From the NCBI GenBank assembly GCA_001600815.1, contig BCKZ01000020.1:150831-214830 (forward strand): a stretch of 64,000 bases of DNA, in the 5' to 3' direction. This DNA comes from Alloascoidea hylecoeti (lineage: Eukaryota). Below, in pieces: positions 13,030-24,237 of the stretch. The notes beneath the pieces were generated by a model. That model was not told where the DNA came from, searched no databases, and saw nothing but the letters and a program-made list of their open reading frames with translations. Both the position numbers and the translations under genes were made by a program. Every line of letters begins with the position of its first letter. Within the stretch, counting starts at the first letter, position 1.

Positions 13030-15020
13030 TTTTTTATATTTTTTACTTCATTAATTTAGAAGATAATAGCACTGATCACATTATTAGAATCATCATCACC
13101 AGTAGACGATATGAGCAATCAACAAGAAGAATCTAATGATTTAGTGTCAACAATATATTAAAAATTTGGACCTATAAATTCATAACTTTAGATTGTGGAG
13201 ATTTTATTCTAAGGTATAATAATCCCACATTGAAAGCAATTATATTTGAAATTACATTGCAATTCTCTGTCAGTTTTAATTTGTTTGAAGAATTCGAAAG
13301 GAATAATGAAGAAATTCATAAAATAAATGAAAAAAATGGATGTGGTCAATAATATGAGTTCAATGACGGACTCCACATGCCAACAGATTGGCTTTTGTTT
13401 AAGGTCAAATCAGAAAGGGACCATATAATTATAATACATCCAATTTCAGTTTTAATTATCAAAGTCGAGATAATCGATGATATTCATGACCGACTGCAAG
13501 TGGAGAATAAAGAGGATAAACTCAAAAGTCCAATTAATATTAGTTTTATGAAAACTTTAATATCTCGCTATTTATCTGACCTTAAGGAAGTATAGGGAGC
13601 TGAACATTCTAATGGATTCAAATCGTATGAATATTGAGAATTTATCTCCAAAGTTCCAATATATGATTCTATATTAGACTCAGATACTCAAATAATAACT
13701 TTATACCACTCCAATAAGAATTTTGAACAAGTCGGTTTTAAATTTATGGAGATGTATACACCTAATAAGGGATACATGCGAACCATAGTTCAGTATACTT
13801 GTTACATGTCCCCAATACCTTATGGATTAACGGCAGTACAAAAAATTTGAAAATTGAATGATATTTTAAGAAGGAGATTGGCGGTAATCACAGAGGGCAT
13901 ACCTATGAATGGGATTAGAAGGTTGGAGCCCTACGGAATGACCAGACTATCTAAGAAATCAGAATATGCATTCGTGTATAGGAATAAATATGATATTTTA
14001 CATCTGCCAACAGGAAAAATTACCACATCTCTATGTGACTTAGTTTCCTCTATATATAAGCAGACTATGAAGATTAAAGATGTTAAATCAAAGAACGCGA
14101 AAATTACGGTGAAGAAGCGCCAAATATATTCCTAGCAATGATCGTTATTTTCCCAGATGTTGTCTCATGTTTTCCCCCAAGAGTTGATAATTCAACGGCT
14201 CTTTACAATAGCTGTAGAAGAGTCATCTTGAAACTAAATACACAAACACATTACAAGACAATTAACTAAAGTCTTGTCTACCAGGTATGATAATGATGAT
14301 AATGATGATAATGATGATAATGATATTCCAATTAAAGTTCTTAAAATATATAATGGAAAGCTTTTCGAATTGTCTGATAATAAATTTTTGGAAAAAACAA
14401 TGAGTATTTGGGATTTATACTCATCTGTACCCAAGTTAGTTTCTTTTTATTCAATATCCCTACGCTCTACTGATGGGAATTGGAAGTACCACTATCTACA
14501 CTCTTTCAACATTAAAGAGGATACAATCGTATTTGGGACACGTCGATATCAATTACATGATGATAAATTTAATGATTATAAGATCTATAAAATGACTACT
14601 GGTGAATTTTAAGGAAAGTTCAAATTGAAACAAGTTACATATTCAAATAATTTTGAATTTCTTACTTTTGCGAAAGATGTAAATGTTCATAAAGATATGT
14701 TTTATGAAGTTTCACTAGGAATACTACCAGAGATACAATATTTAAATTCACCTGATTGCCTCACATTTCAGAATGAAGAGTTGCCGAATCTGAGAGAAAT
14801 AGAATCTTTGAAATTCATCTAATTTGGACATGATGCTTTGGAAAAGATATTAAAATCAAAATAGAATGGGGAATCAAAGTGAAAAGAGTTTCAACCAGGA
14901 AATATATGAAACTTAAATTTAGCTTACAGAATTCGAATTAACGAGTATGTAATTATTACACACAAGTCTCTAAAAGTTGAATGAAGATGTAGTACAAGTA
15001 TATTAATTAATTCAATACAT
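13030..15020 (+). pseudogene. Decayed gene of unknown family, copy A (paralog at 56250-58222)
   Basis: ATG at 13111. One frame stays nearly open from about 13158 to 14135 with only 4 internal stops, and further fragments (14274-14612, 14625-14822) follow. Clear nucleotide and protein similarity to the reverse complement of 56.2-58.2 kb. Confidence 0.85.
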
Positions 15021-15284
15021 GAATAATAAGTCCGAGGTTGCCTATGTTTGGGGGATTTCATTTGTTCTTGATTTCACCGCCAGATGTTTGAGGGTGATTT
15101 CTTATCATAAATGTAAATGTCCCCAGGCCAGACCTACCAGTATATATTCATATATAGTTATTTTTGTTGTTAAGTATAGACTAAATTCCGCCTACTGGAA
15201 ACAATTCCATTACCCTTTGATAGAAATTAATAATAATGATAATAACTTTGTACGAAATGTTTGGTGACCTCTCATTTTACTACG

Positions 15285-16244
15285 ATCGGTAGCATCGGCA
15301 CCTACTACCACCTAAGTCAAACTGATTCCATCGCTCAGGTAAAAATCATCAAAGATGAAGTGACTAGCTCCAATGCTGGTTATTGCTTCATTGATTTTTT
15401 CAATCCGGAAAGTGCTCAGGAAGCTGTACAACTTCATGGAACTCTCATTCCTGGAACTCATAAAATGTACAAACTTAACTGGACCACTCATAGCCATGCA
15501 AATAATAACAGTGGCAATGGCATTAGCATTGGAAATATCGGAGCTAGAATCCCTTCTAGGAACTTGAATTTCTTCATCCAACTTCTATTAATGACAGAAA
15601 TGAGTTTTCAGTTTTTGTCGGAGACTTGAGTGTCGAGGTTATCGATGCTATGTTATTTCAAGCGTTTTCTAAATATCCATCTACAAAATCTGGCAAAGTT
15701 ATGGTTGACCCGAACTCAAATATGTCCAGAGGTTGTGATTTGGAAATGACCATGACCAACAAAATGCTCTTATTGAAATAGACCTATGAGGGTCTCTGCT
15801 GCAACTCCCAAAAATAACTTGAATAATAATACCACAAATGTCAATAAACAACATTCATCTTCACAATCTTTACCATCAAGTTATATTCAATCTTAATTAC
15901 CTTTGAATAATTTTAATATTCAAAATCAACCTGCTCTAACTCAATATACAGATCCAAATAATACAACGGTTTTTGTTGGTGGCTTAACGCCGATGGTTAC
16001 AACGGCCGACTTGCATGCTCATTTTGCCTTTTTTGATGAAATTGCCCATGTCAAACTTCCTCCTGATAAAGAATGTGGTTTTGTCTCTTATACCACTCGT
16101 GAAGCTACTGAACTGGCTATATTAGGAATGAAAGGCTATAACATTGCTGGTCCAAGGGTACGTCTTGGTTGGGGTAGAGCAAATGCAAGCCTATCTGGTA
16201 ATTATGGACCAACCCAACCCGTTCCTAATAATCTTTATGGATAA
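15285..16244 (+). pseudogene. NAM8/NGR1-family triple-RRM pseudogene
   Basis: Three RRM fragments in different frames: VKIIKD...AGYCFIDF...YKLNW; NEFSVFVGDLS...VMVDPNSNMSRG with the RNP1 region deleted; TDPNNTTVFVGGL...VRLGWGR. Frameshifts, small deletions and no valid start. Confidence 0.88.
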
Positions 16245-17281
16245 TCTTCTCAACAATTATTAAAAAATCATCCAACCAAACTTTTCACGACGATTATCAA
16301 TTTATTTTTCGAAAATCACGTAAGTATTTTAATGGCGAAGTGTATCTGGTAGACTTTTAAAAAGCCTCGAGCTTCTGTTCATTCTCCAAACATAAGAGAA
16401 CGGATCATGCTGGGACACAGTACTCCATTGTAAATAGCTCTTTGAGAATATTTAATGAAAAGATGCATAAAAAAGAAAAGTTTATATTAAAAGAAGCCGA
16501 TGGATTGAGGAATACCCATATATAAATATAAGAAACCAGAATATTGGACATTACACAACTATAGAAAAAGTGATTATGGGGTTCTGAATGGTTTAAAAAA
16601 GCAATTTGAATTAAAGAATTCATAATATATAAAAATAAAAAGAATATAGAAAATAAAGGCCTATTTATAGCTAAGTCAATGGAATTAAGAACAGATATAA
16701 GATATGCAAACACACCTTGGGAAATATTATTCGAAATTGGCTAGAGAGTATATGTGATGAACAAAAGAAAAGAGGTTTAGCGAAAGAATACGACAAGAAG
16801 AGAAGGTGCAGGGTCAATATTTAGATCTAGGGGGCCACAATAGTAGTTAATTACTCATCTGGGTTAGAATTAGAGAAGGTTATTTTTTTTTTTATCTATT
16901 ATATTTTATTATAAACTATTTAATTTATAACTAATATTGCTATTGCATGATTTATTTATTTATTTATTTATCATATCTGATAATAACTAAAATGAATTTA
17001 TGAACACTATTATTTGTATGTATTTATTCAAAGAACCATTTAAATGTTTTGTTAATTAAAATTCCCAATGATGTGAATAGTTCCTAAGATTTAATCTGTG
17101 GATAAAGTCCGGATCCGCTGTTCCAGGTTTTGTGTATGATCACAAGTACTGATTATTGATTCTTCTAATGTCAGCTTTCACTGCTACTCTATTCTTAATA
17201 TTAATATTAATGGAGGTTTCATAATTCATATACGGGTCACAAATTCCTCTTCCTGAGACTCTTCTGGAGCAACAAAAATAA

Positions 17282-17355
17282 TGATTTAACCCAGGATCGA
17301 ACTGGGGACGTTCTGCGTGTTAAGCAGATGCCATAACCAACTAGACCATCAAACC
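17282..17355 (-). tRNA. tRNA-Val (AAC)
   Basis: Reverse complement GGTTTGATGGTCTAGTTGGTTATGGCATCTGCTTAACACGCAGAACGTCCCCAGTTCGATCCTGGGTTAAATCA forms a cloverleaf with anticodon AAC. Confidence 0.96.
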
Positions 17356-18199
17356 AAATTCTTAGACTTGAAATTCTTTTGGTTAACTTGACTCTTATCA
17401 CAATCCTAAAGAAGTCTGGCCTCGAAATCTCACAATTAACTATGTTACCTACATTTATATCAGAGCAGTGTGTATGTGATATCTAGTGACTGAAGTTTTT
17501 TGTTTCTTCTAGATCTAATAAATAAGAGTCTTCTCGATCAAATGCAAAGTTTGTAACTCCATGCGATTATCTATCAATGGTGGTTTAGATAGGGGTCCTG
17601 AATTTATCTAGAAGAGAGTCATCACACTTTTGCCCCACGTATAGTAAGACTTCGTCGGTTAATACCATTTACTCCTTCCTGAAATGTAAGGTTAAAAAAA
17701 GATTTTGATCATTTTGAAGTTTGAAATGTTTGATGTTTTTAATTATTGGACAATTATTGAAAAAAATAAATGAAAAATTAGAGTGATCATGGAAGAAAAT
17801 CAATTATTATCTGAAATTGGGGTAGTGGGTAATCTTATGGCTAAGATTATAAAGAGATTCTCAAGTATATATATAATATATAAATTAATAATTATTATAT
17901 TCATAATATTGATAATATTCAACATAAGAGTGTGGGAAGAAGTAGTATCGGTTGAAGGTTGAACGTCCGTCATATTTACGTCAGTTAAGTATGACATTGT
18001 ATATGTTGTAAATAATTATTTAACCAAAATATTATGTGTTTTTTTAAGACAAAATATTCAGGGGAGAAGTTGTAATTGTGAATAGCTGTATATAAATAAA
18101 AATTTATATCAATATTCGATAGCTTATAAAATAAGGAAAGCTACTTAGTATATATACTAAAGCAAATCTGACCAGCATGATCATCACAAATTGATCATT

Positions 18200-19191
18200 T
18201 CAGAATTCGATTTGAAGATCATTTTTGATAACTATAAGTATATCATCTGTCTTAATTTTAAGTTTTATCTTCCACATCATTTTTGAAGTATTTCCTGCAG
18301 TACTACCTTCCAATTGACTGTTATAGCAAGTAAAACTAATAACGCTACCACTCAAATGTCTATATGAATCTGGAAATGAGTCCTCAACTTCACAGTTTAA
18401 CATTTGTTTTCTATAATGTAAGAGACTATGATCAACCACATTAATGAAATATTTTCCATGTGAAACACTAAACTCATTAATATTATCCTTTAGTATCGTA
18501 TCCGTTAATCCACTAAGCAAGTGACACATTAGTTGGTGGAATTGAAATTTTGAGAGATGGATTATTTTGACGAGGAAATGACACTGTTCCATCCGTTCTA
18601 AATCTAACACCATATACTTGATAATCAAAACATGAGAAACTTTCCCCAAATGAGCAAATATTGACGTCAGCATCCATATTAATATTGTGAATAATATTAC
18701 TATTGAGTTGAAGTTCCCAATGATGAATATCACTGATTTCTAGCAAGTTCTTCATATTTAGATGTTGACCGAGTAATATATGTTGTTTTATACTTAACTT
18801 TGGACCAATTATCAAACTTATGTTTGGAATGGCCACGAGGATCAATTATACTGTTGAAGTCTGTGACACGATTAATATTTCTAGTGGATGCTGATTGTAT
18901 GCTCTTTGTATCAAGGATATTAATTTTTTTACCGTTTTCTTGTTGTTTTGCATATAAATTATTTTTGATAATTTGAAGTTTATTTCTTAATTCTCTGATA
19001 CTATAAACTGACATATTCTGAGATGATTGAAATATTAAAGCAATCTCCTCAACTTTTAAAGTGGAACAAGCCATTCCAACAACGTGATAATAATCGTTAC
19101 AAGTTCCACAAAAACGCAATGAATCGAAAAATGATAAGTGATAAATAATTGACTAGATCACTTCGTGTGGAAGATCATCTAATTGAGTCAT
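18200..19191 (-). pseudogene. F-box protein pseudogene
   Basis: ATG at 19191 gives MTQLDDLPHEVI*SIIYHLSFFDSLRFCGTC, an F-box consensus with TAG at codon 13. It is in frame with ORF 18730-19119 and continues by frameshifts through 18513-18845 and 18200-18733. Confidence 0.75.
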
Positions 19192-19806
19192 TATAAATAT
19201 GATAAGGTATAGGGAGAAAGAGTTAAAAGGAATTAATATATTTAAACCGAAACACCTTGTATTTATATCCAGAAATAAAGAAATTATCTTTTAGTTGTGT
19301 GCATATTAATAATTACCTGATCAGGTATAAGCATTATGTAGAACACAGTACTAACTACATAAAGATGCTGAGTTTCACTGAGTTAGAACGCATAATTAAA
19401 GCCGAATCAGGTCCTTTGAACAAGAAATAATCATAGTTAGATTTGGCAATATATAAGTTTATCGATGAATGTATATACCTTTTTCAATATCTCCTTAAAG
19501 GACCATATTAATGCATTGGTGAATAAATATATTTCATAGATATTTTGTTGGAGTGTGCTAAAATATATGCATGTTCTCAGTTATACGTCCCACTAACAAC
19601 ATAGTTCACGTTTATAGCCCATAGCTTTTCCCCTATTTTTCTCGTATCATATCATATTCTGACCGCTCTTGACATTTCGCGCCACGAACTCCAACATTTT
19701 ATACCTCACCATTGTTGTATATCAAGTTACCATCCGCATATCCCATGGGTGTTCTCAACTTCAGTCTATATTAGCTGGCCGGTTTTGATCAAGGAGCTTC
19801 AACTGC

Positions 19807-19925
19807 CAGAACTAACATTATATTTTTGAGATTTTTCAATTCCACAAAATAGTCTAGAATTGCTTCAATTATATCTGAATGTGATATGTAATTAGCAAAA
19901 TCTCAAAAATATACTATTAGTTCTG
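19807..19925. repeat. Imperfect inverted repeat, 29 bp arms
   Basis: CAGAACTAACATTATATTTTTGAGATTTT (19807-19835) versus AAAATCTCAAAAATATACTATTAGTTCTG (19897-19925): 27 of 29 positions complementary. Confidence 0.85.
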
Positions 19926-20600
19926 CCTTTTTACAGTTGAAGTTAGCTAAGACAGTGAATGGAATTGAAAATGATTTAAGAGCTAATATATGTATATCAA
20001 TTTCTTCAACTGCTTTAGATGACTTGGGGAGATTTGATTTTAACACTGTTATATATCAAAGATTATGATTATTAACATACTATACTGATGCTTTAGAAAA
20101 GAATGAGTCAATGGTGTTCCGTTTCATTTCAGTTGTGAAAGCTTCACATATATTTATAACGAAGTTTTAAATACTTCAAAAGAATATGAACCTTCTTTAG
20201 AGACAACTCAGTAAATATTACATTCTGTGCTTATAAAGAAAAGTAAATTATCCGAACTACGAGATTAATTGCGTTTTCCTATGATATTACTATTTTTAAT
20301 AATTTATATTTGTTGGTGGTTGTGCAATTCGTGGTTGAAATGTAACAGTTTTGGGCTGCTCGATACTTCAATCCTGCTCGGACCCTTTTTCTGACTTAAA
20401 TCACAATTAATTGCTTAAAAAACGGAACCGACTGACCGGAACTGTCAACTTTAGAGATAAAGTTGTTCTATCCGGAAGTAATCCCCACGGGGTTACGGGG
20501 TGAATTTCTTTTCAATTGACAATATCTGATTGGCTGTTAGGTTGTAGTACCCAAACATCTTTCCTTTCTGTTCACCATCACATAACCATTATTTTTAATT

Positions 20601-21215
20601 ATGATTAGAACGAGTCTTATGGGTTTAAGAGCAACTGCTCCAAAGAGGGCAGTTTTTTCTTCCTTTAAAAGGAACTCATCTCATGGTGCCTTCCCAATCA
20701 GTGAAACTGAAGAGAGTATGTGTTTTATATATCTGAATATATTATATGAACTGTATCTAACTTCTCTGATGATTAGAATTTGGTGTATGCCTTTTCCCTG
20801 CTATCTACTCCCAATCGAGTAACTTCTAACACAATCAATTTTATAGGGAAACCTCATTGGTCTTGTTGCGATTACATTGGGTACTATAGGTGCATATAGC
20901 TTGGTGAAGAGTTACGAGAAAAAAAGTGGTGAATCACTTTTAGGAAAGACACTCGTTGAATCAATATATAACAAGGATGCAGCCGAATCTGAGATCAAGT
21001 ATAGACAAGGTATCTTAGATGATGCAAACGACAAAAAGTTACTAATGACTACTCCTGCACGAAGAGAATTCGTTACTTTTACTTCTAATAATATAATCAG
21101 AGATGGTAGTCCCAATTCTAAAACTCCAGGTCAATTACTTGATTTAGAAAAAGTTGGACCACGTCGTGCCAGAACAAATGCTTTTCAAATACCAAAATCT
21201 GAATCTGAAGAGTAA
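20601..21215 (+). CDS. Mitochondrial complex I accessory subunit, 17.8 kDa (NUO-17.8-like); join(20601..20715,20777..20784,20847..21215)
   Basis: Arg/Ser-rich presequence, EEKFGG followed by one TM helix, DKKLL and GSPNSKTPGQLLDL motifs resembling the fungal 17.8 kDa subunit. Two introns and an 8 nt micro-exon restore the frame. A CCAAT box (GATTGG, about 20528) lies upstream. Confidence 0.72.
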
Positions 21216-21864
21216 CCGAGTTAATTATAAATTATTGAAACATCAAAATATATAGAAACAAGCCTTGCATTTACGACAAAATAGGAAAGTTATAATTGAG
21301 AGTATTACAAATATACGGGGTACTGATTAACCGCAAATTGACTATAATTAAATCAACTTTAAATTAAAAAAAATATGCCAACAAATAACGAGTATCATCG
21401 AAATTTATTCACATAATATTGCATCATATAGGTATAGATTCCAATATTAATATATATTCTTTGTTTTGTCCTGACAATTACAATTAATGGAGCAGATTGA
21501 AGCAAAAGTTTCGACTGAAATTTCAAATTATTTTCTACAGTTATTTGTAGATATTAATGAATCTAAACTTCCAGATTCGCTTTAAGCCATTCTCAAAATA
21601 TCGTTAATTTTTATGGAAAGGATCACATTGCCATTTTTATAGAACATAGTTCTTTTATTTAAATATCAAGTCAACGATTGATTTTTATTTCATATTCATT
21701 CAACTTTTTTGAGTGAAAGTATTAAATCACGAATTATATTCGAATCATGTTTGATTTCAATATTCTCGATATACAAGTAGCTAAGCAAACTAAGTATTAT
21801 AACCCAATATAACAGATCTAGATATCCTATATGACACCAGTTACGTGCACACTATCTATTCAAT

Positions 21865-24117
21865 TTAATCAACCTCGTCTCGAAAAATAGTTTCGACAAC
21901 TGAAGACCTTTCCTCACTATAGCTTTCATCTTCACTATCGCTCCATTCTTCTTCAACCCATAAAGTTCCATTGGGCCAAAGCCACTCCACATCTTTAACT
22001 TTTCTCCTTTTGTCAGGCTCTATAACCTCTCGAGGATGGGGGTTAGTCAATTCAAATTTGAAATGGTGTAGATAACCTTTAGGTTCATTAATTCTTCCAG
22101 GGGTTTTGTTTTCACTTAGTTCTTTCTTCGCCATCTGACACTCAATAAAACAATAGATGTCATAAAATGTTGCATCTTCAGTGAAGTTTTTAACGATTCT
22201 CTCTCCCGTCGCCAACCGAAAAGATATTCTACAAAACCTTCCTCTTCTGAATATTTCTATTTTGTCCTTCTTTTCTAATTCCATTGTTTTCCATCTTAAC
22301 CATTGTAGTCTCAATCTTTCTAACTGTTGTCGTGCTCTACCTTCTGCTTCTAATATCATTATTTTTTCCCTCTCTTCTTTTTCTTCGGCAAGCTTTAAAG
22401 CCAATTTTTCCCTATCTGCTTTTAACGAACGTTGATAAGCTAGGTCTTGTTCTTCTTGTATTCTTCTTGATTCTTTCCTCTCTTTCCATTCCATTCTCTT
22501 TGTGATTAATTGCGGATCATAAAGCTCAATCTTTATTTTTAGTCTATCAATATACGTCTCAGCCGTAGTTATACCCTGTAATCTTAATATCACTGACATT
22601 TTAGGAGCTGTTTCCATTTGAGGACTAACATTTGCAATCAATATTAAAAATGGAAACTTAGCCGCACAAAATCCATCGGCAACTTGTTTTGCCTCAGTTT
22701 CAACAATATCACCGGACCATATAATAATTTCGTTTTGCTTGACAAACTCTCGAAAGTTGGAATCTGATAAAACCGATTCGAACGGATTTACAGTCAATGT
22801 TGAAGCATTTTGTAATATTACTAGCAACCATCTGTATGAACTTTTGGCCTCATTTAAAGCGGAATTATAAGGGCCTTCAAAAAATGGCAGTTTCTTCTCT
22901 TTTATAACAACCGGTTCTGGAGCCTGTATGATCTCAGGTTCATATTCTGACAGAGGAGGAGTTGGGGGAATAGATGAATCATAACTTTGACGCAAACGCC
23001 CAATAGGAGAGATTATATTTGTTGAATTTTGTTCATGGGGATTTGAGGTGGAGACTTCAGACCTAGGACTTGCAGAATCCATCCGTGATTCAGACTCAGA
23101 CACAGGAGGGGAAATTTCATTGATGTCAATAGTTTTTCTGGTATAGTTGGTAAGATTCTTTCCTAGAAAATATACATTTAAGGTAAGCTTTATTAAAAGT
23201 GTAACAGGAATAACAATCAAAATTTGTAAAAGTAGTAACAATATTGTAAGTCCCGGTTTTTCGGCATTACCCATATAGCTTCCGGCAACCAATTCATTCC
23301 ATTGTTGCAATAAATTGTTTTTCGGTTTTGGTATGGAAGCTGCTTGAATCTTTGGAATAATTTCGTGTGCAAGGGGAGGGTCTCTTGGTCTAGGGAGAGA
23401 ACTAGTTCCGATACCAAGTGAATTTGATCTCGATATGTGAGAAGCATTAGGAGTTGAAGCCAAACCTATAGGGGTCTTGGATCTAGCTGCAGAAAAAGCT
23501 AGTGATGCAGCAGCTGTAGATTGTGAAGTAGATCTATTTTCACTACTTAAATGAACGTCATTATTAAGTTGTGAAGAAGCTCTTCTGCGATCTGTTTGCA
23601 AAATAGGAGATTCCAATAATGGCGACGATACGGGGGTTGAGCCCCTGCCAGGGGTTAAAGGGATTGCTTCTGTATTATAAAGGAGGGAGTGTGGTGAAGC
23701 TATTCGCTGCAGCTGTTTTGCTTGTGATTGCATTTGTGATCGCACTTGTGCTTGTGGTATGACAGTGTTGGAACGAAATTTGGCTGGCTCTGGGTATAGA
23801 TCTCTAGACCTTGAGGAAGAATCTGTTTCAAAGCCCAGACCAGAAGTGAATCCAGAAGTGAATCTGGGAGTGTCACTGTTTTCTTCATCACTATATTCGT
23901 GTTTAGGCTCATACTTAGGCTCAGGCTCAGGCTCAGGCTCAGGATCAGTTTGGGGATGATCTTCTTCCCCTGTTCCATCGAAAAATCTTGATACTGCTAG
24001 TTCAAGGTTCCAATCAGTTGACTCCAACCGTGAAGCCCCAATAGAAAGATCAGTTATACCAGTTATATCCACAAAAATATGGAGCTTGTCCTTTTGCTCC
24101 GGGTCTAAATAATCCAT
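21865..24117 (-). CDS. UBX-domain Cdc48 adaptor (Ubx2/Ubx3/FAF2-like)
   Basis: 750 aa. UBA-like N-terminus (LESTDWNLELAVSRFF), hydrophobic hairpin, UAS/thioredoxin-like domain (PFFEGPYNSAL), coiled coil (EEQDLAYQRSL) and C-terminal UBX (WPNGTLWVEE). Confidence 0.88.
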   Translation of the reverse strand: MDYLDPEQKDKLHIFVDITGITDLSIGASRLESTDWNLELAVSRFFDGTGEEDHPQTDPEPEPEPEPKYEPKHEYSDEENSDTPRFTSGFTSGLGFETDSSSRSRDLYPEPAKFRSNTVIPQAQVRSQMQSQAKQLQRIASPHSLLYNTEAIPLTPGRGSTPVSSPLLESPILQTDRRRASSQLNNDVHLSSENRSTSQSTAAASLAFSAARSKTPIGLASTPNASHISRSNSLGIGTSSLPRPRDPPLAHEIIPKIQAASIPKPKNNLLQQWNELVAGSYMGNAEKPGLTILLLLLQILIVIPVTLLIKLTLNVYFLGKNLTNYTRKTIDINEISPPVSESESRMDSASPRSEVSTSNPHEQNSTNIISPIGRLRQSYDSSIPPTPPLSEYEPEIIQAPEPVVIKEKKLPFFEGPYNSALNEAKSSYRWLLVILQNASTLTVNPFESVLSDSNFREFVKQNEIIIWSGDIVETEAKQVADGFCAAKFPFLILIANVSPQMETAPKMSVILRLQGITTAETYIDRLKIKIELYDPQLITKRMEWKERKESRRIQEEQDLAYQRSLKADREKLALKLAEEKEEREKIMILEAEGRARQQLERLRLQWLRWKTMELEKKDKIEIFRRGRFCRISFRLATGERIVKNFTEDATFYDIYCFIECQMAKKELSENKTPGRINEPKGYLHHFKFELTNPHPREVIEPDKRRKVKDVEWLWPNGTLWVEEEWSDSEDESYSEERSSVVETIFRDEVD

Positions 24118-24237
24118 TTTTTGAGATAGTTTAGGGTGGAAAACTGGGATCAGTTCAAATTCGGTTTTAACTTTTTTACATGCAACTCTATAATATTATA
24201 TTATTTTAGTACATTCAAGATAGGGTAAATACAAAGT

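Noticed and set aside
13377..13560. Copy A as a linear-plasmid capping-enzyme remnant (PTDWLLF, EDKLKSP resembling guanylyltransferase motifs IV and VI)
   Set aside because: No KxDG motif, methyltransferase motif or plasmid UCS promoter was found, so the resemblance is too weak.
17068..17152. Possible box C/D snoRNA (ATGATGT...CTGA)
   Set aside because: Imperfect box C, weak terminal stem and no recognisable rRNA guide. It would need snoscan or Infernal.
17455..17500. Loose similarity between sequences about 110 bp upstream of tRNA-Val and tRNA-Ile (TAGA.ATCAC..ATACACA) as a possible solo LTR
   Set aside because: Short gapped match with no TG...CA ends, TSD or retroelement coding remnants.
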